64,000 nt of DNA from Calditrichaceae bacterium. Lineage in GTDB: Bacteria; Calditrichota; Calditrichia; Calditrichales; JBFXGD01. How positions within the stretch are numbered: position 1 is the first letter of the stretch; the number at the start of each line of letters is the position of its first letter. Below, one piece after another: positions 36,068 through 44,633 of the stretch. Both the position numbers and the translations under genes were made by a program. Under the pieces are notes generated by a model. It searched no databases. It was given only the letters and a program-made list of their open reading frames with translations, and was not told the DNA's origin. The stretch is from positions 5,802 through 69,801 of the forward strand of contig JBFXGD010000001.1 of the NCBI GenBank assembly GCA_050178385.1, in the 5' to 3' direction.

Positions 36068-37675
36068 CGCTTTATAGAGAGCCTGATCAGCGCGTTCGAT
36101 AAGATCCTCCATATCGGTTCCGTCATCAGGAAAATTAGCCAGACCGATACTGACTGTCAGTTTTCCAAGAGGCTGATATTGCTGCAGGTTGAATTCGAAA
36201 TCTTCTATTAAGTTGTGAAGCTTTTGGGCAATCCAGATGGCGTTCTGTTTATCCAGACCCGGAAGTATAATTACAAATTCTTCCCCTCCGTATCTCGCTA
36301 CCGTATCAATACTCCTGGTGTTCTCTGACAGAATTAGGCTGACCTGACAGAGAATTTTATCTCCTTCGGGATGCCCGTGACGGTCATTGTAATCCTTAAA
36401 ATGATCGATATCGATGATCAAAAGGGAAAATGGGGTTCTGAAACGCTTTCCGCGATTCATTTCCCGTTCCAGCTGCTGTATAAAATAGCGGTAATTGTAT
36501 ATTTTCGTGAGCCCGTCGGTGATTGCCTGTTGTTCCTTTATCTTATACAATTTCATCAATTTATGATAGAGAATCATATTTTCATAAATAATTCCGATGG
36601 TTTGAATAAAGGATTTTAGAATCCGTACTTCGTATGTTGCAAAATCCTGTTCTGTTTTACCCTTATCTATAAAGATTAAATAACGTTTTGGCATCTGCAG
36701 CTCGAGTTTCTCGTCGGACGTCACATTTGACGCGATATTCGCAAATATTTCAGTGGTCTCTTTTTTTACAGCCAGATTAGATAGATTGCCTAAAATAAAT
36801 GACTCTGTCTGCAAATTTTTTGCGAGGCTCAAGAGTGATGGTTCAAGGATTTCAGAGAGATTTTTGATCCAGATAATTCCGCCGTCGTTTTTAAGATATG
36901 TCAAAAATTCAGGCTTATATTTAAAACTTTTCTTATGAATTGATGGACCCGTGACGCCTTCGAATGAAAAGGGGATGAGCCTCCTCTTAACAGTGTCAAG
37001 CTCAAAAGAAATACACCTGTCAACCTTAAAACCCTCAATAATTTTTTCAGGCAGTATTTTCAGAAGCGCTGCCGGATCTCTTTGTGTCCTCAAAAAATTA
37101 GCCACGTTGTTAAGATAAAATAACCGGTCATTGTACCGGGCAAGATCCTGATGTGACTCATACAATTCTTTGTTGACCTTTGTAAGATTTTCATTGAGAG
37201 ATTCCAATTCAAGAAGTTTTCTGCGTAATTTCTCAACAAGCTGGACATTATACTTCTGTAAAAATTTCTTTTCTTTTTCAGGTGAGATAAAATCTTTTTT
37301 ACCGGAAAGATATTCTTCGATCTTAAATAAAAACTCGGTGACATTTATAGGTTTTGAGATATAACCGTCGCACCCCGCGGCGAGAGTTAAGTTCCTGGCA
37401 TCACGATGCATTTCTCCTGTCAGGGCTATTATGGGTGTGTCCTTGATATCCGACAGACTTTTTAAATGGGTAGTGACCTCGTATCCCTGCATATCGGGCA
37501 GTCGTAAATCCACAAGAATTAAATCCGGTTTATGTTCAATGGCCATCTGGATACCATCCAGACCCCGGGCAGCCTCATAAAACTGATAGCCTTTATACCT
37601 GATGATATCAGCCATTAATGATCTGGTTTCCGGATCGTCCTCGATATAGAGTATTTTTTTTGTGTCGATACTCAT
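36032..37675 (-). CDS. response regulator with REC, GAF-like and GGDEF (diguanylate cyclase) domains
   Basis: REC: ILYIEDD, LILVDLRLPDMQG, ALTG and KPI. A coiled-coil and a GAF-like middle region follow. The GGDEF domain has an intact RYGGEEF and the I-site RSID five residues upstream. Confidence 0.85.
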   Translation of the reverse strand: MSIDTKKILYIEDDPETRSLMADIIRYKGYQFYEAARGLDGIQMAIEHKPDLILVDLRLPDMQGYEVTTHLKSLSDIKDTPIIALTGEMHRDARNLTLAAGCDGYISKPINVTEFLFKIEEYLSGKKDFISPEKEKKFLQKYNVQLVEKLRRKLLELESLNENLTKVNKELYESHQDLARYNDRLFYLNNVANFLRTQRDPAALLKILPEKIIEGFKVDRCISFELDTVKRRLIPFSFEGVTGPSIHKKSFKYKPEFLTYLKNDGGIIWIKNLSEILEPSLLSLAKNLQTESFILGNLSNLAVKKETTEIFANIASNVTSDEKLELQMPKRYLIFIDKGKTEQDFATYEVRILKSFIQTIGIIYENMILYHKLMKLYKIKEQQAITDGLTKIYNYRYFIQQLEREMNRGKRFRTPFSLLIIDIDHFKDYNDRHGHPEGDKILCQVSLILSENTRSIDTVARYGGEEFVIILPGLDKQNAIWIAQKLHNLIEDFEFNLQQYQPLGKLTVSIGLANFPDDGTDMEDLIERADQALYKAKKSGRNRVCIA

Positions 37676-37838
37676 GGATCTCTGATTATTTTGATGGTCT
37701 GGATATGACAGCCGAACAAGAATGCAAACAATTTTACCGGAATTCGGATTTTCAATTCAAGAAAGTAAACTATCCTGGTTAAAAAATCAAGCAGGATCGC
37801 TTGCAGGGGACATTTATTTATTAAATATCCCTTGTTGC

Positions 37839-39755
37839 TCAGAGATGTTTGCAAATCAACAAAGTAATATCGTCTGCCGGATTTTCAAATTCAGCAAAAT
37901 CTCTCAGTGCATTAGTGATTTCTTGTTTAATCTGATGCACTGACATCTCTTGATTGGATTTAACGATTTCAATAATGCGGTTTTCTCCAAATTCTTCCTC
38001 AAGATGATTCATGGTTTCGCTGACGCCATCGGTATAAGCGACAAGAATATCACCTTGTTTAAATTCAACCTCTTCCTGGATATAATCCTGATCGCCTATA
38101 AAACCGAGAACGATACCGCCTTTGGTGAGATGTTTAACCTCTCCGCCCGCACTGATTAGTATCGGGGGATTATGTCCGGCATTGGTATATATCACCTTAT
38201 GATTTTCCATGTCTATAATACCATAGAACAGTGTGGCGTATTTGCCTTCTATTGTGGTCTGACAGAGCAGATTGTTTAATCGGTTGACCACATCGCAGGC
38301 GGTCATAAAAGTCTTGTTTTGCGTGCGGAAGCCCGCGAGTATCAAAGTCATCATCAGTGCCGCTGGCGCGCCTTTGCCGGAAACATCACCGATAATAAAA
38401 CCGAGAGTAGTTTCATTGAATTTGATAACATCGTAGAGATCACCGCTTACGAGTTTACTTGGTATGTTCTCGGCCGTCAGCCGGAGATCTTTTAGTTTCG
38501 GAAGCTGTTTTATAAGTAAATCCCGCTGAACCATACTGGCGTTTATCAACTCATGTTCATAAGCTTGTTTTGCGAGTCTTATATCAAGCTGGCGGGCGTT
38601 GTGTATTGCTATAGCCGCCTGATTGGCAAAAATATTCAGTATGTCCACCTGGTTTTCGTTAAAGTAATTTAATTTGTTACTTTCCATGCATATGACCCCA
38701 AGAACAGTTTCTTCAAATATCATCGGAATAGAGATCTGGGATTTTGTATTTTTACGTATTTCGAGATAATGCTCTGACATACGAACATCATCAATGATGT
38801 CAATTTTTTTTGATTCAACGACCCAGCCGCAGGCGCCCTGGCCGACTTTAAGATGAAGCCGGTCGGCTACTCCTGAATCATAGCCCCGGCTGCTTGTGTT
38901 TAATAGATTTTTACCTGATTTATCCACAAGGAAAATGGCGGCGGCATCAAAATTAATCAATGACTGAAGAGAATTGAGTATAAAATCGAGAATATCTTTG
39001 GTATTTAAAGATGAAAGGATGCGCTGACTGACTTCAATCAGTTTACGTGTTTCAAAGTTTTTTTTCTCCAAATCAACAAAGAGTCCGGTGTTTTCAAGTA
39101 TTAATCCGCCCTTACGCTGTATTTTTTGGAATAGCAACCGGGTCGGTTTGTCCCGGTAAAAACGAACTTTTTTAATATTCACCAATAGAAAAGCAAATGT
39201 CTGATTATGGCCATGAAAAGGCAGCAGCGCGTATAATTTGGACTTTTTAAATTCAAGGGCAAAGGATTCCGGCAGCCGCAAGGTGGTGATATAATCTTCA
39301 ATCAGAAGGGTTTCCGGCTGGATTGGTCTGAAGTATGAAGCGTCAAGACCAAGAGTCATCAACTCACCGTCATTCAGATTACCCGAGAAAGCCGGATAGA
39401 ATTTGTTGTTCTCGAAGATATAAAAGGCATAAGCGACATCCCTGAATATTTTCTTAAACGAATCTTCAAGCTCATGCGTCACCTCGTGGTAGCGGAAGGA
39501 GCGGTTTAGCTTCATATTCAGGGTTTCGAGAGTCTGCTGAACATGATTGAGCAGATAATAGTAGTGCTTGTTTACAAATCGTCTGACAATCAGCTTTAAT
39601 TTATCATGAAACAGGATAATCAAGGCCAGTGTAATGGCTATCGGCGGCAGAAAAGACAGGTTGTCAGCTGCTGCCTGTACCAGATAAAGGAGTAATGTTA
39701 AGAGGAGATATATCAGATAGAGAATTATTGACTCAATAATATCATATTTCGACAA
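37839..39755 (-). CDS. membrane-anchored GAF + PP2C/SpoIIE-type serine phosphatase (RsbU-like)
   Basis: Two N-terminal TM segments, an unassigned region of about 200 aa, a GAF domain (ILDFILNSLQSL..AAAIFLVD), then a PP2C domain (GDLYDV, GDVSGKGAPAALMM, YTDGVSE, DDITLL). TTG start 5 nt behind AAGGAG. Confidence 0.8.
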   Translation of the reverse strand: MSKYDIIESIILYLIYLLLTLLLYLVQAAADNLSFLPPIAITLALIILFHDKLKLIVRRFVNKHYYYLLNHVQQTLETLNMKLNRSFRYHEVTHELEDSFKKIFRDVAYAFYIFENNKFYPAFSGNLNDGELMTLGLDASYFRPIQPETLLIEDYITTLRLPESFALEFKKSKLYALLPFHGHNQTFAFLLVNIKKVRFYRDKPTRLLFQKIQRKGGLILENTGLFVDLEKKNFETRKLIEVSQRILSSLNTKDILDFILNSLQSLINFDAAAIFLVDKSGKNLLNTSSRGYDSGVADRLHLKVGQGACGWVVESKKIDIIDDVRMSEHYLEIRKNTKSQISIPMIFEETVLGVICMESNKLNYFNENQVDILNIFANQAAIAIHNARQLDIRLAKQAYEHELINASMVQRDLLIKQLPKLKDLRLTAENIPSKLVSGDLYDVIKFNETTLGFIIGDVSGKGAPAALMMTLILAGFRTQNKTFMTACDVVNRLNNLLCQTTIEGKYATLFYGIIDMENHKVIYTNAGHNPPILISAGGEVKHLTKGGIVLGFIGDQDYIQEEVEFKQGDILVAYTDGVSETMNHLEEEFGENRIIEIVKSNQEMSVHQIKQEITNALRDFAEFENPADDITLLICKHL

Positions 39756-39837
39756 AACTACTCCTTTGTTCTGGGCGTAAATATAGAGAAAACCCGGATT
39801 ATATTCAATAATTGATGGGTGGCGAACAAAGATTCTT

Positions 39838-41610
39838 TCAGGCTGATATATCTAATTTTAGGGTTAAAATGGTGACATCATCGTATTTGGTTGGATCACC
39901 AGAATACTCTGTCAAAACATCATAAAGTTTCAGGTTTAGATCATGACTGTTGAATGCCGCCATATTTTCCTGGAAAAAACGGATCAGGGCCGGTTCGTCA
40001 AAGGGTTCTTCATCATCATTCATTGCTTCGGTGACGCCGTCGGTGAACATTGTCAGACATAGGGTATCTTTAAGATCCGCTTTCCCTGTCTCATAATGTA
40101 CATCCGGCATCATACCGAGAATTATTCCACCCTTATCCAAAGCGCTATAACTCCCGTCATGCTTAAACAAGTAGGGAGGATTGTGGCCCGCGTTAACATA
40201 TTCCAGCTGATGGTTTTTAGTGTTTAATTTTGCTATAAAAAAAGTGATGTATTTATCGACCGATGTATTTTTATAGATCAGATTATTTAGTTTGGATGTG
40301 ATTTCATCCAATTCATATTGTTCACCAGCCAGGGTCTGTAAACCCGCTTGCAGATTGGACATCAGGAGCGAGGCGGGCATCCCTTTTCCGGAAACATCCG
40401 CAATGGTCAGTATGTATACATCATGACTTATTTTGATGATATCGAAATAATCTCCGCCCACATGTTTACTTGGTATGTTAAGGCCATGGATATCGTACCC
40501 ACTGATCACCGGCATGGATTTGGGTAAGAGCTGTACCTGAATTTTCTTTGCCAGGTTAAGTTCTTCTTCCATACGTTTTTTTTCCAGCATCTCCTGGAAA
40601 AGACGCGCGTTTTCTAAGGATATGATGGCGATGTTTGCCAGTGTCGACATAAAATCGATATTGGATTTGCTGAAGGGGCCTTTATCTAATTTTTCACCCA
40701 GAAATATAAATCCGCGAACCTGATCCTGATTTACCATAGGCGAAATTACACGAATCCCCAGATCATATAGTTCGGAATATTGATTTTGATCTTCGGAGAG
40801 AATCATAGGGGTACTGAAGTCGGGCAGATTTCGGCACTGATCGATGCATTTCCTGATGGCGGCATCATTAAATAATGATCCCTTTCTGTAGACGATCTCC
40901 AGTTTGCCGGCCACGTGCTGGGCAACAAAAAACTGGTTAACCAGCATTTGTCCCATGAGTGAATAGGACAGCTGCCGGAGAATTAGGTCCGTGTCAAAAA
41001 GCCGGTTTAGCTCGTTCCCTATTTCGAATAAGGTATTCAGTTCCTGAATTTTTTGATCAAGCTGCCTGTTTACCTGATTCAGCTCCTCAAATACCAGGGC
41101 ATTTTCAATAGATGGCACAGCGATATTTGAAAGCGACGACAAAAATTCAATTTCCTCATCGGTATAATCTGATTTAACAAGCCGGGCTCCATAAGCGACG
41201 ATTCCTTTAAATTCACGCATGGAAGTCAACGGAAGAATCAATTCAATCTTGAATTTTTTAAAGAAGTCGATCCACTCTTCATCACCCTCATACCGGCTGA
41301 TCAGAAAAGGGTGTTTTGGTAAAGATGAGATAGATATTTCCTTGTCAATCAGCGAAAACGGCAGACCTTTCAGCGTCTCGACGCGGTAAACATCGGATTT
41401 TTGCTGAAATAAAACAAGACCCCTGCCGATCGCCATTCTTCCCATTGGCACAAGCAGAATGGTATCAAGAATAGATTTCAGATTCAGCGATGAGTTGAGA
41501 GTCTGGCTTATTTCAAATAGTGCGGAGAGTTCGAGCAGCCTTTTATCCAGTTCATCTGAATTTAATTCGTTTTGATGGCGGTGCCGAAAACTGTTAAGAT
41601 GGTTATTCAT
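39838..41610 (-). CDS. soluble double-GAF + PP2C/SpoIIE-type serine phosphatase
   Basis: Two GAF-like blocks, then PP2C (GGDYFDI, ADVSGKGMPASLLMS, FTDGVTE, DDVTILTL). The ATG is 2 nt after the stop of the RsbW-like gene. Confidence 0.8.
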   Translation of the reverse strand: MNNHLNSFRHRHQNELNSDELDKRLLELSALFEISQTLNSSLNLKSILDTILLVPMGRMAIGRGLVLFQQKSDVYRVETLKGLPFSLIDKEISISSLPKHPFLISRYEGDEEWIDFFKKFKIELILPLTSMREFKGIVAYGARLVKSDYTDEEIEFLSSLSNIAVPSIENALVFEELNQVNRQLDQKIQELNTLFEIGNELNRLFDTDLILRQLSYSLMGQMLVNQFFVAQHVAGKLEIVYRKGSLFNDAAIRKCIDQCRNLPDFSTPMILSEDQNQYSELYDLGIRVISPMVNQDQVRGFIFLGEKLDKGPFSKSNIDFMSTLANIAIISLENARLFQEMLEKKRMEEELNLAKKIQVQLLPKSMPVISGYDIHGLNIPSKHVGGDYFDIIKISHDVYILTIADVSGKGMPASLLMSNLQAGLQTLAGEQYELDEITSKLNNLIYKNTSVDKYITFFIAKLNTKNHQLEYVNAGHNPPYLFKHDGSYSALDKGGIILGMMPDVHYETGKADLKDTLCLTMFTDGVTEAMNDDEEPFDEPALIRFFQENMAAFNSHDLNLKLYDVLTEYSGDPTKYDDVTILTLKLDISA

Positions 41611-41612
41611 AA

Positions 41613-42056
41613 CTATGCGGATTTTTTGTTTAAGTATTTTATCATAGTGACCTGGTTTTTTGTGCCCGGATTAAATGTGTAATTTACCTCGTCCATGATC
41701 GTCTTCATCAGATAAATACCCAAACCCCCCATTTTAGCTTCATGAATGTATTGTCGTAAATCGGGTTTTGGAAGTTTCGAAGGATCAAATCCTTTGCCTG
41801 TATCGGAGATGATAATTTCAATTTTTTCGTTATCCAGATATACAATAATGTCTATCATACGCCTTGAATCAAATTTATGCGCATGCTTAATGACATTTGT
41901 GCAGGCCTCATCTACGGCAAGAGCAATCTGATCCGAAGTGGACGGATCGAATCCCGTCTTCAACGCCAGGCGGTTTACGAATTCTCGGATGATCTCCAGA
42001 TTATCTGTCATACTTGGAAACCGGAGTTTGAATTTTTGTTTTCGACTTTTTTTCAT
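41613..42056 (-). CDS. anti-sigma-factor-type serine kinase (RsbW/SpoIIAB family, HATPase_c_2)
   Basis: N-box AVDEACTNVIKHA, G1 box SDTGKGF and G2 box GGLGIYLM. Its 147-aa length is typical of the family. Confidence 0.8.
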   Translation of the reverse strand: MKKSRKQKFKLRFPSMTDNLEIIREFVNRLALKTGFDPSTSDQIALAVDEACTNVIKHAHKFDSRRMIDIIVYLDNEKIEIIISDTGKGFDPSKLPKPDLRQYIHEAKMGGLGIYLMKTIMDEVNYTFNPGTKNQVTMIKYLNKKSA

Positions 42057-42099
42057 ATCGGACTCTAATTAGGAATTCGAATTAATTTTACAAAAGTTG

Positions 42100-42453
42100 C
42101 TATTTAGCCTGAAAAAATTTTGATTTAGCCTGCGTTTCTTCATCGAAAATCTCGTAAAGTGATGGAAATCCAAGTAAGTCAAAAACTTTATATACTTTTG
42201 GTGATAAATTTGATAATTTAATATCACCTCCTTTTTCACGTATTTCTTCGATAAAACCCATAAATACTCCCAGGCCCGCACTGCTTATATAATCAAGCTT
42301 ATGAAGGTTCACAATGATATTTACCCTTTCCTCCTTTAATAATCGATCGAGCGCATCCTCAAATTTGGGAGCTGTATGGGCATCAAGAAATCCAGCCAGA
42401 TGTAAGACTGAAATTTTTTCCTGATCATTTCGTGAAATTTCAAAACCACTCAT
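42100..42453 (-). CDS. STAS-domain anti-sigma-factor antagonist (RsbV/SpoIIAA family)
   Basis: 117 aa. LDYISSAGLGV contains the conserved phosphorylatable Ser context. Typical STAS length and beta-alpha pattern. Confidence 0.8.
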   Translation of the reverse strand: MSGFEISRNDQEKISVLHLAGFLDAHTAPKFEDALDRLLKEERVNIIVNLHKLDYISSAGLGVFMGFIEEIREKGGDIKLSNLSPKVYKVFDLLGFPSLYEIFDEETQAKSKFFQAK

Positions 42454-42551
42454 TAATTACCTCCGGGACTGTAATAGGATAATTTATTCGAATAGCCTCC
42501 GCGGGGCGGGGGATACTTCTATCTGAATTTTTATCCCTATTATAAGCAATC

Positions 42552-44633
42552 TTAAATTTTTATCAAAATTAATGTTAAATCATCATGTAAGTTCTGGCCA
42601 TCCATGAATCCAAGAATCTCATCTATTATTTTATCTTTAATTTCTTCAACGCTCAGGTGATTATTATTCTTTACAACGTTACAAAGCCGTTCTTCTCCAA
42701 ATTCATCGCCGTTGCCTGTCCTCGCTTCGGAAAGGCCGTCTGTAAAAAACACGAGGATATCATTCGGACAAAGCTTTACTTCCTGTTCTTCCAGCGTTTT
42801 ATCAAAGATGTCGCCATTATCAAGCCCAACGGCGACACCGGATGGCTGGAGTAATGATGTCCGGTCTTCATTCGAATTATAATATAAAACAGGGCAGTGT
42901 CCCGCGCGGGCGAATCTCAATATGTTTGTTTTTGCATCCAGATGAGCGGCCAGAAGACTTATGAATGTCTTTTTCTCAAGTGACTCGTATAATATTTTAT
43001 TTGTATTTATCAGAATTTCTTTCGGAGATGTCTGATTTCTGATGAGGGATTGGATAATTCCCTTTGTTTCTGCCATATAGAACGCGGCGGATGTCCCTTT
43101 ACCGCTCACATCACCGATTACCAATCCGAGTTCTGAATCGGGATATGTATAAAAATCGTAATAGTCACCGCCAACTTCATAGGCAGTGATCGTTAGTGTA
43201 TCAATTTGAAAATTCCCGACTTGCGGAATTTCCTGCGGCAGTAGTTTGAGCTGAACCTCACGGGCTATTTTTAGTTCCTGTTCCATCCGTTCACGTTCGA
43301 ATGAATTTCGGAGAAGTTTTACATTTTCGAGAGCGATGGCGGCTTGATTGGCATAAGCCTCCAGCATGTTTACATCATCCGGGTCAAAGCCGAATACATG
43401 GGTTTTAACCGCGTACAATATTCCCATAACCTGACCATTGGCGCCAAGAAGCGGGGCGCCGGCGAACGACCCGATTCCGTTTTTCAGAATTTTGATGTTC
43501 TGATATTCCTTGTTCTTGGTCAGATCATTCATTATGAGGGGTTTTTTATTTAGCAGAATTTGATTGCTTATTCTTTGATTGGTTTTTGAATTAAATTCCA
43601 GGAGCTCATCACCGTTTATGTGTTTTGATGCCGCGACATATAAATTTTCAGATCGCTCATCAAATAGTTCCAGCCATGTATAGGATGATTCTGTGACCTC
43701 GGCGGTCATTTCTGTTACCAATTGGACTAATTTTTCATGATCGTATTCGACCGACATAACTCTGCTCAAATGATGCAGGGATGAAACCTCTTTCATTTTG
43801 CGGTCAAACACCCTGGCTGTAGGGAGATGCAGCAGAAAATTCAAATTGGCAAAAATGGAATAAAACACAAGAAAATACCAGCTGATATTTGTAAAAACGG
43901 CTAATGAGAGACTATGGGCAGGTACAGAAACCTTGAATGCGAGATCGAAGAGGTATAAAACCGCCCAGATAAGCACAAATGAGATAAGAAAATAGTAATA
44001 TTTTTCTTTTCGTGATAAATAAGTGATCCAGCTGTTCCTGGTGGATAGCCCGGCAAGGAATATTAATGTCCCTAAAAATGCAGCATTGTTAAATTTGCCG
44101 TTACCGGTAAAGCTAAGGTCGAGCGGCGTTTCAAAGACAACGGTTAAAATCATTGTTGCCAATGTTCCCGCGAGCGCGATGGCAATATAAAGATTTGTTC
44201 TTTTTCTGAATTTATAATGAAGCAGATTTTTAATACTGATCAGGATAGGCAACAGCAGAAGTATTGCCGCGAGGGAAACCAGGTTTGAATAAATCAGACT
44301 GAGAAAGGTTTCAGGTTGCTGCGGAAATGTAGCCGGAGAGAAGCCGGGTGAAAGAGCCTGTTTCAGCACGATCACGAGAATGTATAATATCGCTAAATAT
44401 TTTATTATATTTTTTAGATTGGTTTGAACATCCGAAACCGAAAAAAAAGATTTTCTCTTTAGATAAAGGTAATATATATAAATAGTTAAAACAGAAAAGC
44501 TTTCATGAAAATAATTCCACGGCTGGATGTTTAAAGAACTGAAATACTGTATGATATCATAAGCAAACGTGATTAGGCTATCGAATACGATAATTCCAAT
44601 AAGAACTTGCGTTGGCAAATGTATCCGTTTCAT
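42552..44633 (-). CDS. polytopic-membrane (about 10 TM) GAF + PP2C/SpoIIE-type serine phosphatase
   Basis: The N-terminal ~290 aa are almost entirely TM segments. A GAF domain follows, then PP2C (GGDYYDF, GDVSGKGTSAAFYM, FTDGLSE, DDLTLILI). Its start overlaps the upstream lipoprotein stop (ATGA at 44633-44630). Confidence 0.8.
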   Translation of the reverse strand: MKRIHLPTQVLIGIIVFDSLITFAYDIIQYFSSLNIQPWNYFHESFSVLTIYIYYLYLKRKSFFSVSDVQTNLKNIIKYLAILYILVIVLKQALSPGFSPATFPQQPETFLSLIYSNLVSLAAILLLLPILISIKNLLHYKFRKRTNLYIAIALAGTLATMILTVVFETPLDLSFTGNGKFNNAAFLGTLIFLAGLSTRNSWITYLSRKEKYYYFLISFVLIWAVLYLFDLAFKVSVPAHSLSLAVFTNISWYFLVFYSIFANLNFLLHLPTARVFDRKMKEVSSLHHLSRVMSVEYDHEKLVQLVTEMTAEVTESSYTWLELFDERSENLYVAASKHINGDELLEFNSKTNQRISNQILLNKKPLIMNDLTKNKEYQNIKILKNGIGSFAGAPLLGANGQVMGILYAVKTHVFGFDPDDVNMLEAYANQAAIALENVKLLRNSFERERMEQELKIAREVQLKLLPQEIPQVGNFQIDTLTITAYEVGGDYYDFYTYPDSELGLVIGDVSGKGTSAAFYMAETKGIIQSLIRNQTSPKEILINTNKILYESLEKKTFISLLAAHLDAKTNILRFARAGHCPVLYYNSNEDRTSLLQPSGVAVGLDNGDIFDKTLEEQEVKLCPNDILVFFTDGLSEARTGNGDEFGEERLCNVVKNNNHLSVEEIKDKIIDEILGFMDGQNLHDDLTLILIKI

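Noticed and set aside
37672-37854. 60-aa same-strand ORF spanning the 163-nt gap between the 638-aa PP2C gene and the GGDEF gene. Its stop overlaps the GGDEF start as ATGA.
   Set aside because: The ATGA coupling is tempting. However, the only possible start is a TTG inside the PP2C coding region with no SD, the ORF has no ATG codon, and the peptide has no recognisable features. It could be revisited with ribosome profiling.
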